Positions 30,728-40,336 of a DNA stretch of 64,000 nt are shown here, piece after piece. Made by a program: the position numbers and the translations under genes. Every line of letters starts with the position of its first letter. Position 1 is the first letter of the stretch. Below the pieces are notes generated by a model. It had not been told where the DNA came from and did not search any database. It saw only the letters and a list, made by a program, of their open reading frames with translations. Source of the DNA: a virus; the IMG/VR virus record IMGVR_UViG_3300028394_000044, positions 1-64,000 of that record; one strand, 5' to 3'.

Positions 30728-30907
30728 ATGGCACTATTAGCAAATACCATTTCTAATGACATTGTATCCACATTGTCAAACTTGACTCTTATAAAAACGT
30801 ATATACCCAGTACACTTGTATATAAACGTTTAAGTGTTGCTGCTGATCCTTTTCTTGATCCTACTATTGTAAGAAGAGAAACAGCATATCAAAGTTACGT
30901 TACATAA
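30728..30907 (+). CDS. Small hypothetical protein (59 aa; not in ORF track)
   Basis: ATG 30728 to TAA 30905-30907, MALLANTISND...AYQSYVT; fills the gap before the terminator. Confidence 0.5.
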   Translation: MALLANTISNDIVSTLSNLTLIKTYIPSTLVYKRLSVAADPFLDPTIVRRETAYQSYVT

Positions 30908-30924
30908 TTTTTGCAAATTACCAT

Positions 30925-30955
30925 AATAACCTCACTTTGGTGAGGTTATTTTTTA
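30925..30955 (+). terminator. Rho-independent terminator closing the fibre locus
   Basis: AATAACCTCAC-TTTG-GTGAGGTTATT followed by a T run. Confidence 0.8.
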
Positions 30956-30959
30956 TCTT

Positions 30960-30967
30960 TATAAATA
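30960..30967 (+). promoter_or_regulatory. T4-type late promoter TATAAATA
   Basis: Exact consensus upstream of gp13. Confidence 0.75.
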
Positions 30968-30993
30968 AGTAATAAACTATAGGTATATTACAC

Positions 30994-31947
30994 ATGGCTA
31001 AACCTACAACAAGAACCGAATTTAAAGACTACTGTTTACGTAGATTAGGTCATCCAGTTATTCAAATTAACGTTGATGATGACCAAGTTGAAGATCGTAT
31101 TGATGATGCTTTATCATTTTTTCACGATTACCATTTTGATGGTTGTGAAAAAATGTTTATGAAACATCAAATGACACAAGTTGATATTGACAGACGCTGG
31201 ATTTATTGCCCGGATGCCGTATTATTTGTGACTGGTGTTATGCCTTTCGACTCTTCTTCATCATCAGTCAATATGTTTGACTTACGTTATCAATTGCGTT
31301 TACATGATTTGTATGATTTTACATCAGTTTCTTATGTCTCATATGAGATTACCATGCAACACATCCAGACATTAAATTTATTATTCTCTGGTACACCTCA
31401 ATTTAGATTTAATCGCAAACAAAATAAAGTATTTCTTGATATAAATTGGAGTTCCGATTTGCAAGTGGGTGAGTATGTTATACTTGATTGTTACCGTAAA
31501 GTTAGTCCAGACATATTTACAATTTCTGGAACAGTTACAACTTCAAATACCACTAACCTTGTTACTGGTACAGGAACAGTATTCTCCAGAGATGTTACTA
31601 TTGGCGATGATATGACTTTTGGTAGCGAATCTAAACGTATTGTATCTATTATCAGTGACACACAATTAGTTGTGGATTCAACATTTAGCACAATACAAAC
31701 AAATGTGACTGCGTTTAAAGCTGGCGAATCCGATGTATGGGATGATAAATTTTTAAAATCGTATGCAACTGCTAAAATTAAATATCAATGGGGAACTAAT
31801 TTATCTAAGTTTGCAGGCATTCAAATGCCCGGTGGTGTAACATTAGATGGTCCTCGTATTATGCAAGAAGCACAAACTGAGATTGATAAACTAGAAGAAG
31901 AAATGTTCAACTCCAATAGTTTGCCAAGTGAAATTTTTACTGGATAA
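30994..31947 (+). CDS. gp13: Neck protein gp13
   Basis: YCLRRLG.PVIQINVDDDQVEDRIDDAL; QWGTNLSKFAGIQMPGGVTLDG. Confidence 0.93.
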   Translation: MAKPTTRTEFKDYCLRRLGHPVIQINVDDDQVEDRIDDALSFFHDYHFDGCEKMFMKHQMTQVDIDRRWIYCPDAVLFVTGVMPFDSSSSSVNMFDLRYQLRLHDLYDFTSVSYVSYEITMQHIQTLNLLFSGTPQFRFNRKQNKVFLDINWSSDLQVGEYVILDCYRKVSPDIFTISGTVTTSNTTNLVTGTGTVFSRDVTIGDDMTFGSESKRIVSIISDTQLVVDSTFSTIQTNVTAFKAGESDVWDDKFLKSYATAKIKYQWGTNLSKFAGIQMPGGVTLDGPRIMQEAQTEIDKLEEEMFNSNSLPSEIFTG

Positions 31948-32853
31948 TTGGAGCATAAAATTTCTACCAACTTTTATTTCAATAATTTTCCACAACATCA
32001 AATTACCAGTGAGCAATTACTGGTTGAAGATTTGGTGATTGAAGCTATGCAAATTCATGGTATGGATGTATTCTATCTTCCTCGCATGACTGGAGATAGT
32101 GTAGATTATATTTATGGTGAAGATACATTGAAACAATATCGTCAAGCATTACCTATAGAAATGTATCTAGAAAACGTTACAGGTATGGATGGTGAAGGCG
32201 ATTTTATCTCTAAGTTTGGTCTTGAAATTCGAGATGAAGTTACTTTATTAGTATCTCGCCGTAGATTTGCGGCAACAGTAAAACAAATTAGACCTAATGA
32301 AGGTGACTTGGTTTACATTCCATTGTTACAGAACTTTTTTGAAATTACATTTGTTGAACATGAAAACAATCAAGCAATGTTCTATACACTTGGTCGCGGA
32401 CGTGGCGGCAACGTTTATGTTTACGCTTTGCGTATGAAACAATTTGTCTTCTCTGAAGAAATTATTTCTACCGGTATTGAAGAGGTTGATGGTCAGATAT
32501 TTGATTCATATAAACGCACTAAATTGATACTTGCAAACACTGGTTCAGGTTCATTCTTGCCAACAGAAAGTGTGTACCAAGGAACATCATTGGCAACATC
32601 AACAGCGCAAGCTGTGGTGTATTCTTATTCACCACATTCTGAAATTATGGTTATTCAACTTCAAGGAACATTTGCTAATGGAGCCAATGTGATTGGTGCT
32701 ACGAGCGGTGCTTCACGACCAATTATTCAAGAAGATACTTGGACTCAAGTGGGCAATACTATGTTTGAAGAACTTGCAGATAACACAAGATTAGAAAATG
32801 AAGGTAAAGACATTATTGATTTTACAGAACATAATCCATTTGGTGAAGCCTGA
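31948..32853 (+). CDS. gp14: Neck protein gp14 (start may be ATT at 31960)
   Basis: EQLLVEDLVIEA..G.DVFYLPR; SKFGLEIRDE; RPNEGDLVY; DFTEHNPFG. Confidence 0.92.
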   Translation: MEHKISTNFYFNNFPQHQITSEQLLVEDLVIEAMQIHGMDVFYLPRMTGDSVDYIYGEDTLKQYRQALPIEMYLENVTGMDGEGDFISKFGLEIRDEVTLLVSRRRFAATVKQIRPNEGDLVYIPLLQNFFEITFVEHENNQAMFYTLGRGRGGNVYVYALRMKQFVFSEEIISTGIEEVDGQIFDSYKRTKLILANTGSGSFLPTESVYQGTSLATSTAQAVVYSYSPHSEIMVIQLQGTFANGANVIGATSGASRPIIQEDTWTQVGNTMFEELADNTRLENEGKDIIDFTEHNPFGEA

Positions 32854-33851
32854 TGTTAAATAACGATCACTTTTACAACCGAACAATAAGAAAAGTTATT
32901 GTTGCATTTGGTAGTGTGTTTAATGATATTGAAATTATTCGTTATAATAAAGCACAAACTACAGAGTATGAAAGAATTCGTGTTCCATTGTCCTATGGAC
33001 CAAAAGAAAAATATTTAACTCGCATTACTACTGATCCAAATTTGACAAAATCTATTGCTACTATGGTTCCACGTATTGGATTTGACTTATCTAGTTTATC
33101 GTATGACGTTAATAGAAAATTAAATACTATGTCCAGAAATACAGCCATTCAAAACAATGGTTCCATTGCTGGACAATACAATCCAGTTCCATACGATTTT
33201 GATTTTGACATGGCAATTTATGTCAGAAACATTGAAGATGGTACTCAAATTCTTGAACAAATTCTTCCATTTTTTACCCCAGATTTTACAGTCACTGTGA
33301 ATCTAAATGAAGCGATGGGTAGAAAATATGATATGCCTATTATTTTAAATTCAGTTTCTTCTGAAATTGATTATGAGAGTGATATGACTACAACAAGATT
33401 GGTCATGTGGAATCTTTCATTTACAGCTAAAGGTTATATTTTTCCTGCCGTAAAAACAGATGCCAAAATAATTAACCGAGCTAACACCAATTTTTATATT
33501 GACAGTAGAAATACACAAAGTCAACAAGTGTATGTTGATAAAGCAAACAGTTCTGGGGTGTTTACAACAAACGAAACTTATCGAGAAATTGCTACAGGCA
33601 AAACTGGAACAATTGTTTATTATGCAAACAATACAACAGGATCATTAGTAGTTACGAATGTATCAGATTTATTGGATGAGGGTGATGAAATTATTGGTGA
33701 TTATTCTCACTCTAGAGCAATCATAAATACAGTAGATGTTAATCCATTAAAAACAGTTTCTGTAGTTATTACAACAAATCCTTATGGTAAATTACCCAAT
33801 AGTGATTTTGGTTATATAACAACAAGAAAAGAGTTTCCAAAAACAATATGA
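32853..33851 (+). CDS. gp15: Tail sheath stabiliser/completion protein gp15
   Basis: FYNRTIRK..AFGSVFNDI..VPLSYGPKEK..QILEQILPFFTP. Confidence 0.92.
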   Translation: MLNNDHFYNRTIRKVIVAFGSVFNDIEIIRYNKAQTTEYERIRVPLSYGPKEKYLTRITTDPNLTKSIATMVPRIGFDLSSLSYDVNRKLNTMSRNTAIQNNGSIAGQYNPVPYDFDFDMAIYVRNIEDGTQILEQILPFFTPDFTVTVNLNEAMGRKYDMPIILNSVSSEIDYESDMTTTRLVMWNLSFTAKGYIFPAVKTDAKIINRANTNFYIDSRNTQSQQVYVDKANSSGVFTTNETYREIATGKTGTIVYYANNTTGSLVVTNVSDLLDEGDEIIGDYSHSRAIINTVDVNPLKTVSVVITTNPYGKLPNSDFGYITTRKEFPKTI

Positions 33852-34234
33852 AAAATAGTGACCAAAAATTATCGGATATTTTTGATATTGCGCCTGCAAT
33901 AAATGTAACACCTGCGCTTGTGCCTATTGTGGATGAGGGGGTTGAATCTGATTTTGCTTTTGCTAGAAAAAATATTAGAGATTTGGTAGAAAAAGGAAAT
34001 ACAGCGGTTGATAATATACTTCAAGTTGCATCGGCTACAGATCATCCAAGAGCATATGAAGTTGCATCTAACATGATTAAACAACTTGGAGAGTTAAATC
34101 GTGATTTACTTTCTCTACAAAAAATGCGTAAAGAATTATCTCCTCAAGCATTACAAACAACTGTTAATGTTGATAAGGCAGTATTTGTTGGATCAACAGC
34201 GGAATTAATTAAACAAATCAAAGGAATCCAATAA
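33848..34234 (+). CDS. gp16: Terminase small subunit gp16
   Basis: DFAFARKN..HPRAYEV..VFVGSTAEL. Confidence 0.9.
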   Translation: MKNSDQKLSDIFDIAPAINVTPALVPIVDEGVESDFAFARKNIRDLVEKGNTAVDNILQVASATDHPRAYEVASNMIKQLGELNRDLLSLQKMRKELSPQALQTTVNVDKAVFVGSTAELIKQIKGIQ

Positions 34235-34668
34235 TGGATACACTCATTCAACAACTAAAAGTTATTCTTGGTACAAATTTTGCACTGTATTTTAAGTCAC
34301 ATGGTTTCCATTGGAACATTGAGGGTTCAAATTTTCCACAGTATCACGATTTCTTAAATAATTTTTATACTGCTGTATTTGCACAAACTGATACTATTTC
34401 AGAACATATTCGTTATCTTGGTTCATATTCACCAGGATCGTTAGCTAGAATGTTAGAGCTTGCAGACATTCAAGAATCGACTAATATTCCAGATGCACTA
34501 AGCATGATGACAGAATTGAAAGCGGATAATGATAGATTCATTTATCATTTGAGAGCAGGCATTCAAGCCGCGGAAAATGCACAAGAACCTGCGGTGTCAA
34601 ATTTTCTACAAGACTTATTGGGTAACCATCAAAAACAAGCATGGATGTTAAGAAGCATTATTAAGTAA
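34234..34668 (+). CDS. dps: Dps/ferritin-like DNA-protecting protein
   Basis: HGFHWNIEG.NF..YH..Y......D.ISEHIR.LG ferroxidase motifs; H.KQAWML C-terminus. Confidence 0.88.
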   Translation: MDTLIQQLKVILGTNFALYFKSHGFHWNIEGSNFPQYHDFLNNFYTAVFAQTDTISEHIRYLGSYSPGSLARMLELADIQESTNIPDALSMMTELKADNDRFIYHLRAGIQAAENAQEPAVSNFLQDLLGNHQKQAWMLRSIIK

Positions 34669-34669
34669 T

Positions 34670-36304
34670 ATGGAATTAGGTGGATATCAAGGTAACTCAA
34701 AACTCAAACGTGGTGGTATTGAAATTGAATACACACATGAACAGTTAATTGAAATTACAAAGTGCATTAAAGATCCAGTATATTTTATTAAAAATTACAT
34801 GAAAATTGTGAACGTAGATCACGGTCTTGTTCCTTTTAATATGTGGCCATTTCAAGAAGAAATGGTTAAAAGTTTTCATGTAAATAGATTTACTATTGCA
34901 AAAATGCCGCGGCAGGTTGGTAAAACAACCACAACAGCAGGATACATGCTTTGGTCCATATTATTCCAAGATGATTATAAGATTGCTATTCTAGCCAACA
35001 AAGGCGATTTGGCACGTGATATTCTTGGTCGGATTAAGTATGCTTACGAATATCTTCCTTTGTGGATGCAACAGGGCATCATGGAGTGGAACAAAGGTAA
35101 TATTGTACTAGAAAATGGTTCTGAAATTTCAGCATATGCTACTAGCGCAAGTGGTGTTCGTGGTGGATCATACAACTTAATCTTTTTGGATGAGTTTGCA
35201 TTCGTTCCACATAACATGGCGGAAGAATTCTTTACTTCTACATATCCGGTTATTTCATCTGGTAAAACAACAAAGGTTATTATTGTTTCAACACCACATG
35301 GACTGAATCAATTCTACCGTATGTGGACCGATGCAGTTGAGAAACGTTCAACTTATATTCCATTAGAAGTACATTGGTCTATGGTTCCAGGTAGAGATGC
35401 CGATTGGAGAGAAGAGACAATTAGAAACACCAGTGAAGAACAATTTAGGCAGGAATTTGAAACTGAGTTTATCGGTTCATCCGCTACATTAATTCCTGGT
35501 GCTAAATTGAAGATGTTGACCTTCTTTTCCCCACAAAGCTCACACGAAAATCATGACATTTATGAAGAACCAAAAACTGGTCACACATATGTTTCTGTAG
35601 TTGATTGTGCTGAAGGTGTAAACAGAGACTATTCTGTGGTTTCTGTATTTGATGTTACCGAGATTCCATATAGACATGTAGCTAAGTTTAGGGATAATAA
35701 ATTATCTCCATTGATTTTTCCAACATATGTTTATAATATTGCAATGCGATATAATCGAGCATACGTTTTAGTAGAAACTAATAGTGTTGGTCAACAAGTT
35801 GTAGACATTTTACATTATGATTTGGAATATGAGAACATTTTCCGTATCGAAAGTCATGAAGTTAAAGGTCAACATATCGCTTCAGGCTTTAAAAAAGGTG
35901 CAGCTTATGGAGTAAAAACTTCAAAAACTGTAAAAAAGATTGGTTGTGCAAACTTAAAAACTTTAATTGAAACTGATAAATTAATTACTAATGATTTTGA
36001 CACCATTGCAGAACTAAATACATTTGTACGAAATAAAGACTCCTACGAAGCTGAAGAAGGTAACAATGACGATATTGTTATGACTTTGGTGCTTTTTTCT
36101 TGGTTAACTGCACAAAGTTACTTCAGAGAAATTACAGACTCTGATGTTAGACAAAGATTGTTGGATGAAAGAAATCTTCAACTTGAAGATGAAATGCTTC
36201 CAGTTGGAATGCTTGATGATGGTCTGGAAGAACAAAAAGAATTTGATGGACAAGATTTATGGTCTTCTGTTAAAGACCGTGGCTATCTAACCTCAAGTTT
36301 ATAA
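34670..36304 (+). CDS. gp17: Terminase large subunit gp17
   Basis: KMPRQVGKTT Walker A, FLDEFAF Walker B, IIVSTP.G, F.QEFE, NDDIVM. Confidence 0.96.
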   Translation: MELGGYQGNSKLKRGGIEIEYTHEQLIEITKCIKDPVYFIKNYMKIVNVDHGLVPFNMWPFQEEMVKSFHVNRFTIAKMPRQVGKTTTTAGYMLWSILFQDDYKIAILANKGDLARDILGRIKYAYEYLPLWMQQGIMEWNKGNIVLENGSEISAYATSASGVRGGSYNLIFLDEFAFVPHNMAEEFFTSTYPVISSGKTTKVIIVSTPHGLNQFYRMWTDAVEKRSTYIPLEVHWSMVPGRDADWREETIRNTSEEQFRQEFETEFIGSSATLIPGAKLKMLTFFSPQSSHENHDIYEEPKTGHTYVSVVDCAEGVNRDYSVVSVFDVTEIPYRHVAKFRDNKLSPLIFPTYVYNIAMRYNRAYVLVETNSVGQQVVDILHYDLEYENIFRIESHEVKGQHIASGFKKGAAYGVKTSKTVKKIGCANLKTLIETDKLITNDFDTIAELNTFVRNKDSYEAEEGNNDDIVMTLVLFSWLTAQSYFREITDSDVRQRLLDERNLQLEDEMLPVGMLDDGLEEQKEFDGQDLWSSVKDRGYLTSSL

Positions 36305-36307
36305 AAA

Positions 36308-36315
36308 CATAAATA
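36308..36315 (+). promoter_or_regulatory. Late promoter variant CATAAATA
   Basis: Upstream of gp18. Confidence 0.55.
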
Positions 36316-36360
36316 GAATAATGAAACTAGTTCTATAAAATAAATAAAAGGAGAACATAA

Positions 36361-38025
36361 ATGGCTTTTCAATTATCACCTGGTGTTCAAGTATCCGAAG
36401 TAGATTTGACAACAGTTGTCCCTTCAGTAGCTACTACTGTTGGAGCTATTGTTGGTGGATTTTCTTGGGGACCTGCAAACACTATTACCACTATTAGCAA
36501 CGAGATTCAACTTGTTGATAGATTTGGTAAACCTGATGCGAATACATACGAAACTTTCTATACTGCTGCTAATTTTTTGTCTTATGGTCAAGACTTGAGA
36601 GTTATTCGGATGGTTGGTGCAGGCGCAAAAAACGCTGTAGCAAACGCTAATGCAAGCACAGTTTTGATTGAAAATCGTACTTCTTACGAACAATCTTACA
36701 GTTCAAACACTTCATCTATATTTAATGCTAAGTATGCTGGCGCATTAGGTAACTCCATCAAAGTTTCTATTGCAGATTCTAATACATTTAGCTCATGGAC
36801 ATATTCATCTAATTTCGACTCTACTCCAGCGACTACAGTGTGGGCATCAGATCGCAGTTCTTCAAATGATGAAATGCACATTATTGTTATTGATACTAAT
36901 GGTAGAATCAGCGGTATTGCTGGTACAATTTTAGAAAAATATCCTTTTGTTTCTAAAGCATCCGATGCTAAAAATCCAGATGGTTCTAGCAACTATTACA
37001 AAGAGGTTATTAATTCTAAATCTAAATACCTATGGTGGGCTGGCCACATGAAAGCTAACTGGGGTACAGATTCTAGTGGTGCGGTTTCATATTCAGTTAT
37101 GACAACACCATTTACTGCTACTCTATCTGGTGGGGTTGATGCTACTCCTTCTACTGGTAACACAAACTTTGGCTATGGTACTTTTGCTAATCCTGATTCT
37201 ATTGATGTTTCTCTAATCATGGCAGGCAATGGTGGTGCAACTACAGTTAACTATCTAATTTCTATTGCAGAAAGTCGTAAAGATTGTTTAGTGTTTGCTT
37301 CTCCATTGAAAACAGATTGTGTAGATAGTGTTGGTTCTGAATCTGCCGAGATTATTGCAACAGCAGGAACTTATACAAAATCTAGTTATGCAGTTATGGA
37401 TTCCGGTTGGAAATATCAATACGACAAATACAATGACGTATATCGTTGGGTACCATTGAATGGTGACATTGCTGGGTTGTGTGTACGTACTGACATTGAA
37501 CGTGATCCTTGGTTCTCACCAGCAGGTTTGAATCGTGGTATTATTAAGAACGTTATTCGCTTGGCTTGGAATCCAACTAAAGCTGAACGTGATGACTTGT
37601 ATAAAAACGGCGTTAACCCAGTTGTTTCTTTCCCAGGTGAAGGCACAATCCTTTACGGTGATAAGACTCTTCTGAACCGTCCTTCTGCATTTGACCGTAT
37701 TAACGTTCGTAGACTTTTCATTGTACTTGAAAAATCAATTGCAAAAGCTGCTCGCTCTTCTATGTTCGAATTTAATGATGAATTTACTCGTGCAGCATTC
37801 GTTAACTTGGTAGAACCATATTTGCGTAATGTACAAGGTCGCCGAGGCATCTATGACTTTAAAGTTGTGTGCGATACTACAAACAATACGGGTGAAGTTA
37901 TTGACCAAAATCAATTCATTGGTGATATTTACATCAAACCAGCTCGTTCAATCAACTACATTCAATTGAATTTCACTGCGGTACGTACCGGCGTGAACTT
38001 CTTTGAGATTGTTGGAAAAGCGTAA
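36361..38025 (+). CDS. gp18: Tail sheath protein gp18
   Basis: LSPGVQVSEVDLT; PWFSPAGLNRG; FDRINVRRLF; KPARSINYIQLNF. Confidence 0.96.
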   Translation: MAFQLSPGVQVSEVDLTTVVPSVATTVGAIVGGFSWGPANTITTISNEIQLVDRFGKPDANTYETFYTAANFLSYGQDLRVIRMVGAGAKNAVANANASTVLIENRTSYEQSYSSNTSSIFNAKYAGALGNSIKVSIADSNTFSSWTYSSNFDSTPATTVWASDRSSSNDEMHIIVIDTNGRISGIAGTILEKYPFVSKASDAKNPDGSSNYYKEVINSKSKYLWWAGHMKANWGTDSSGAVSYSVMTTPFTATLSGGVDATPSTGNTNFGYGTFANPDSIDVSLIMAGNGGATTVNYLISIAESRKDCLVFASPLKTDCVDSVGSESAEIIATAGTYTKSSYAVMDSGWKYQYDKYNDVYRWVPLNGDIAGLCVRTDIERDPWFSPAGLNRGIIKNVIRLAWNPTKAERDDLYKNGVNPVVSFPGEGTILYGDKTLLNRPSAFDRINVRRLFIVLEKSIAKAARSSMFEFNDEFTRAAFVNLVEPYLRNVQGRRGIYDFKVVCDTTNNTGEVIDQNQFIGDIYIKPARSINYIQLNFTAVRTGVNFFEIVGKA

Positions 38026-38053
38026 TAAATAAGAGAGAACAGGAGAAAACTAA

Positions 38054-38599
38054 ATGGCTTTCAATATTAACCAATTCCGCTCTCAAATGCAGGGCGATGG
38101 CGCCCGCCCAAATTTATTTGAGGTAACATTACCCTTTCCAGGATTCGCATTGCCTGGCACCGCACTAACTAAATTAAGTTTCATGTGCAAAACTGCTCAG
38201 TTGCCTGGTTCTACAGTTAACACAGTTCCTGTCCAATATTTTGGACGTGAATTAAAGTTTGCTGGTAATAGAACTTTCCAAGACTGGACTATCACAGTTA
38301 TCAATGATGAAGATTTTATTATCCGTAATGCTTTTGAGCGTTGGATGAATGGTCTAAATAGTCATGCATTGAACGTTCGTAATCCAGCGGCTGCTACACC
38401 AAGTAGTTACACCGTTGATTCAGAAGTACGTCAATATAGTAAGGCTGGGAATATTCTGAAGAAATACAAATTCATTGGAATGTTTCCTACGGATGTTGCA
38501 CCAATTGATGTTGATTGGGGTTCTAATGATACTATCGAAGAATTCTCAGTTACTTTATCATTCCAATGGTGGGAATCCGCAGAGGACTTAGTAGCCTAA
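38054..38599 (+). CDS. gp19: Tail tube protein gp19
   Basis: GARPNLFEV; GRELKFAGNRTF.DWTIT..NDEDF; AATAAATA late promoter at 38024-38031. Confidence 0.95.
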   Translation: MAFNINQFRSQMQGDGARPNLFEVTLPFPGFALPGTALTKLSFMCKTAQLPGSTVNTVPVQYFGRELKFAGNRTFQDWTITVINDEDFIIRNAFERWMNGLNSHALNVRNPAAATPSSYTVDSEVRQYSKAGNILKKYKFIGMFPTDVAPIDVDWGSNDTIEEFSVTLSFQWWESAEDLVA

Positions 38600-38604
38600 T
38601 TTGA

Positions 38605-38629
38605 GAGGGAGGATATCTCCCTCATTTTT
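38605..38629 (+). terminator. Rho-independent terminator after gp19
   Basis: GAGGGAG-GATAT-CTCCCTC followed by ATTTTT. Confidence 0.7.
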
Positions 38630-38652
38630 GTAATGAAAAGGAAATAAATCGG

Positions 38653-40326
38653 ATGGCAATCAAACTTTTTGGTTTCAGCATCGGCGGTAAGGATATTATT
38701 CAAAGAGAAGTCCCTGAACAGGCTTCTTTTGCCTTGCCAACGGATGCTTTGGATGATGGTGCAGTTACCATTACTCAAAATGCTCATTATGGAACATATG
38801 TTGACTTAGAAGGTTCAGTACGAAATGAGCTAGAATTAATTTCACGTTATCGTGAAATGTCTAATCATCCAGAATGTGACCAAGCAGTAACCGAGATTGT
38901 TGATGAAGCAATCACACATGATGATAACGGTAAAGTTGTAGATATTATTCTTGACAAACTTAAACAACCTGAATCTATCAAAAAGAAAATCAGAGATGAA
39001 TTTGACACTGTTTTAAAAATGTTAAATTTCTCTAACCTAGCAGATGATATTTTCAGACGCTGGTATATTGACGGTAGAATTTACTACCACGTTATAGTTA
39101 ATGAAAAGAACCCTAAAGAGGGTATTCAGGAATTGCGTTATATTGATCCACGTAAAATCCGTAAGGTACGTGAAGTTCAAAAGGGGCGTGATCTAAAAAC
39201 TGGTGCTGACATTATCAAATCTGTTGCTGAATATTACATGTATAATGATAAAGGTAGTGCTACACAGTCATTTACAGCTTCTGCTAATCAAGGTCTAAGA
39301 ATTGCACCAGATTCAGTTATTAATGTTAACTCTGGTTTGATGGATGCAAAAAACACTTTCGTTATTTCGTTCTTACATAAAGCAATTAAGCCACTTAACC
39401 AGTTGCGTATGATTGAAGATGCGGTTGTTATTTACCGTATTTCAAGGGCACCTGAACGCCGTATTTTTTATATTGACGTTGGTAACTTACCAAAAGGTAA
39501 AGCAGAACAATATCTACGTGACGTTATGATAAAGTACAAAAATAAAATGGTGTATGATGCACAGACTGGTGAATTGCGTGATGACCGTAAGCACATGTCT
39601 ATGTTGGAAGATTTTTGGTTACCTCGCCGTGAAGGTGGTAAAGGTACTGAAATTACAACTTTACCAGCAGGTCAAAACCTAGGTCAAATTGAAGACGTAC
39701 AATATTTCCAAAAGAAACTATTGCAATCCATGAATGTTCCTTACTCACGTATGGAACCACAGGGTGGAGGTATGGTTGGTCTAGGTCGTAGTAGTGAAGT
39801 AACTAGAGATGAATTAAAGTTCAATAAATTTGTTACAAAAGTTCGTAATAAATTTTCACAGCTATTTGACCATGCTTTAAAGATTCAATTGAGTTTAAAA
39901 GGTATTTGTACTCAAGAAGAATGGGAAGAATTAAGAGAAAATATTTTCTACGATTACAAAAAAGATAATAACTTTACTGAATTAAAAGAAGCCGAATTGT
40001 GGCAGAACAGACTACAGATGTTGGGTCAAGTTGATCCGTATGTTGGTCGCTATTTCTCACAAGAATGGGTAAAAAGAAACATTCTTCATTTATCGGATGA
40101 AGAACTAGAAGAAATGCAAAAGCAGATTGATTCTGAACCTGAACCGGAGCAATTGGGACCAGATGGTAACCCAATGCAACAAGGTCAAGAACAAGAACAA
40201 CCTCAAGTTGATCCTAACCAATATCCTCCTGAGGATAATGTTAGTGATAAGAATTCTACAGAATCAGAAACACCAGAACTTGATAGTGTAACGGGTAGAT
40301 TTAGTAGAGTACTAAGTAAAAAATAA
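38653..40326 (+). CDS. gp20: Portal vertex protein gp20
   Basis: YRISRAPERRIFYIDVGNLPK.KAEQY; EDFWLPRREGGKGTEITTLP. Confidence 0.97.
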   Translation: MAIKLFGFSIGGKDIIQREVPEQASFALPTDALDDGAVTITQNAHYGTYVDLEGSVRNELELISRYREMSNHPECDQAVTEIVDEAITHDDNGKVVDIILDKLKQPESIKKKIRDEFDTVLKMLNFSNLADDIFRRWYIDGRIYYHVIVNEKNPKEGIQELRYIDPRKIRKVREVQKGRDLKTGADIIKSVAEYYMYNDKGSATQSFTASANQGLRIAPDSVINVNSGLMDAKNTFVISFLHKAIKPLNQLRMIEDAVVIYRISRAPERRIFYIDVGNLPKGKAEQYLRDVMIKYKNKMVYDAQTGELRDDRKHMSMLEDFWLPRREGGKGTEITTLPAGQNLGQIEDVQYFQKKLLQSMNVPYSRMEPQGGGMVGLGRSSEVTRDELKFNKFVTKVRNKFSQLFDHALKIQLSLKGICTQEEWEELRENIFYDYKKDNNFTELKEAELWQNRLQMLGQVDPYVGRYFSQEWVKRNILHLSDEELEEMQKQIDSEPEPEQLGPDGNPMQQGQEQEQPQVDPNQYPPEDNVSDKNSTESETPELDSVTGRFSRVLSKK

Positions 40327-40336
40327 GGAGTAGATT

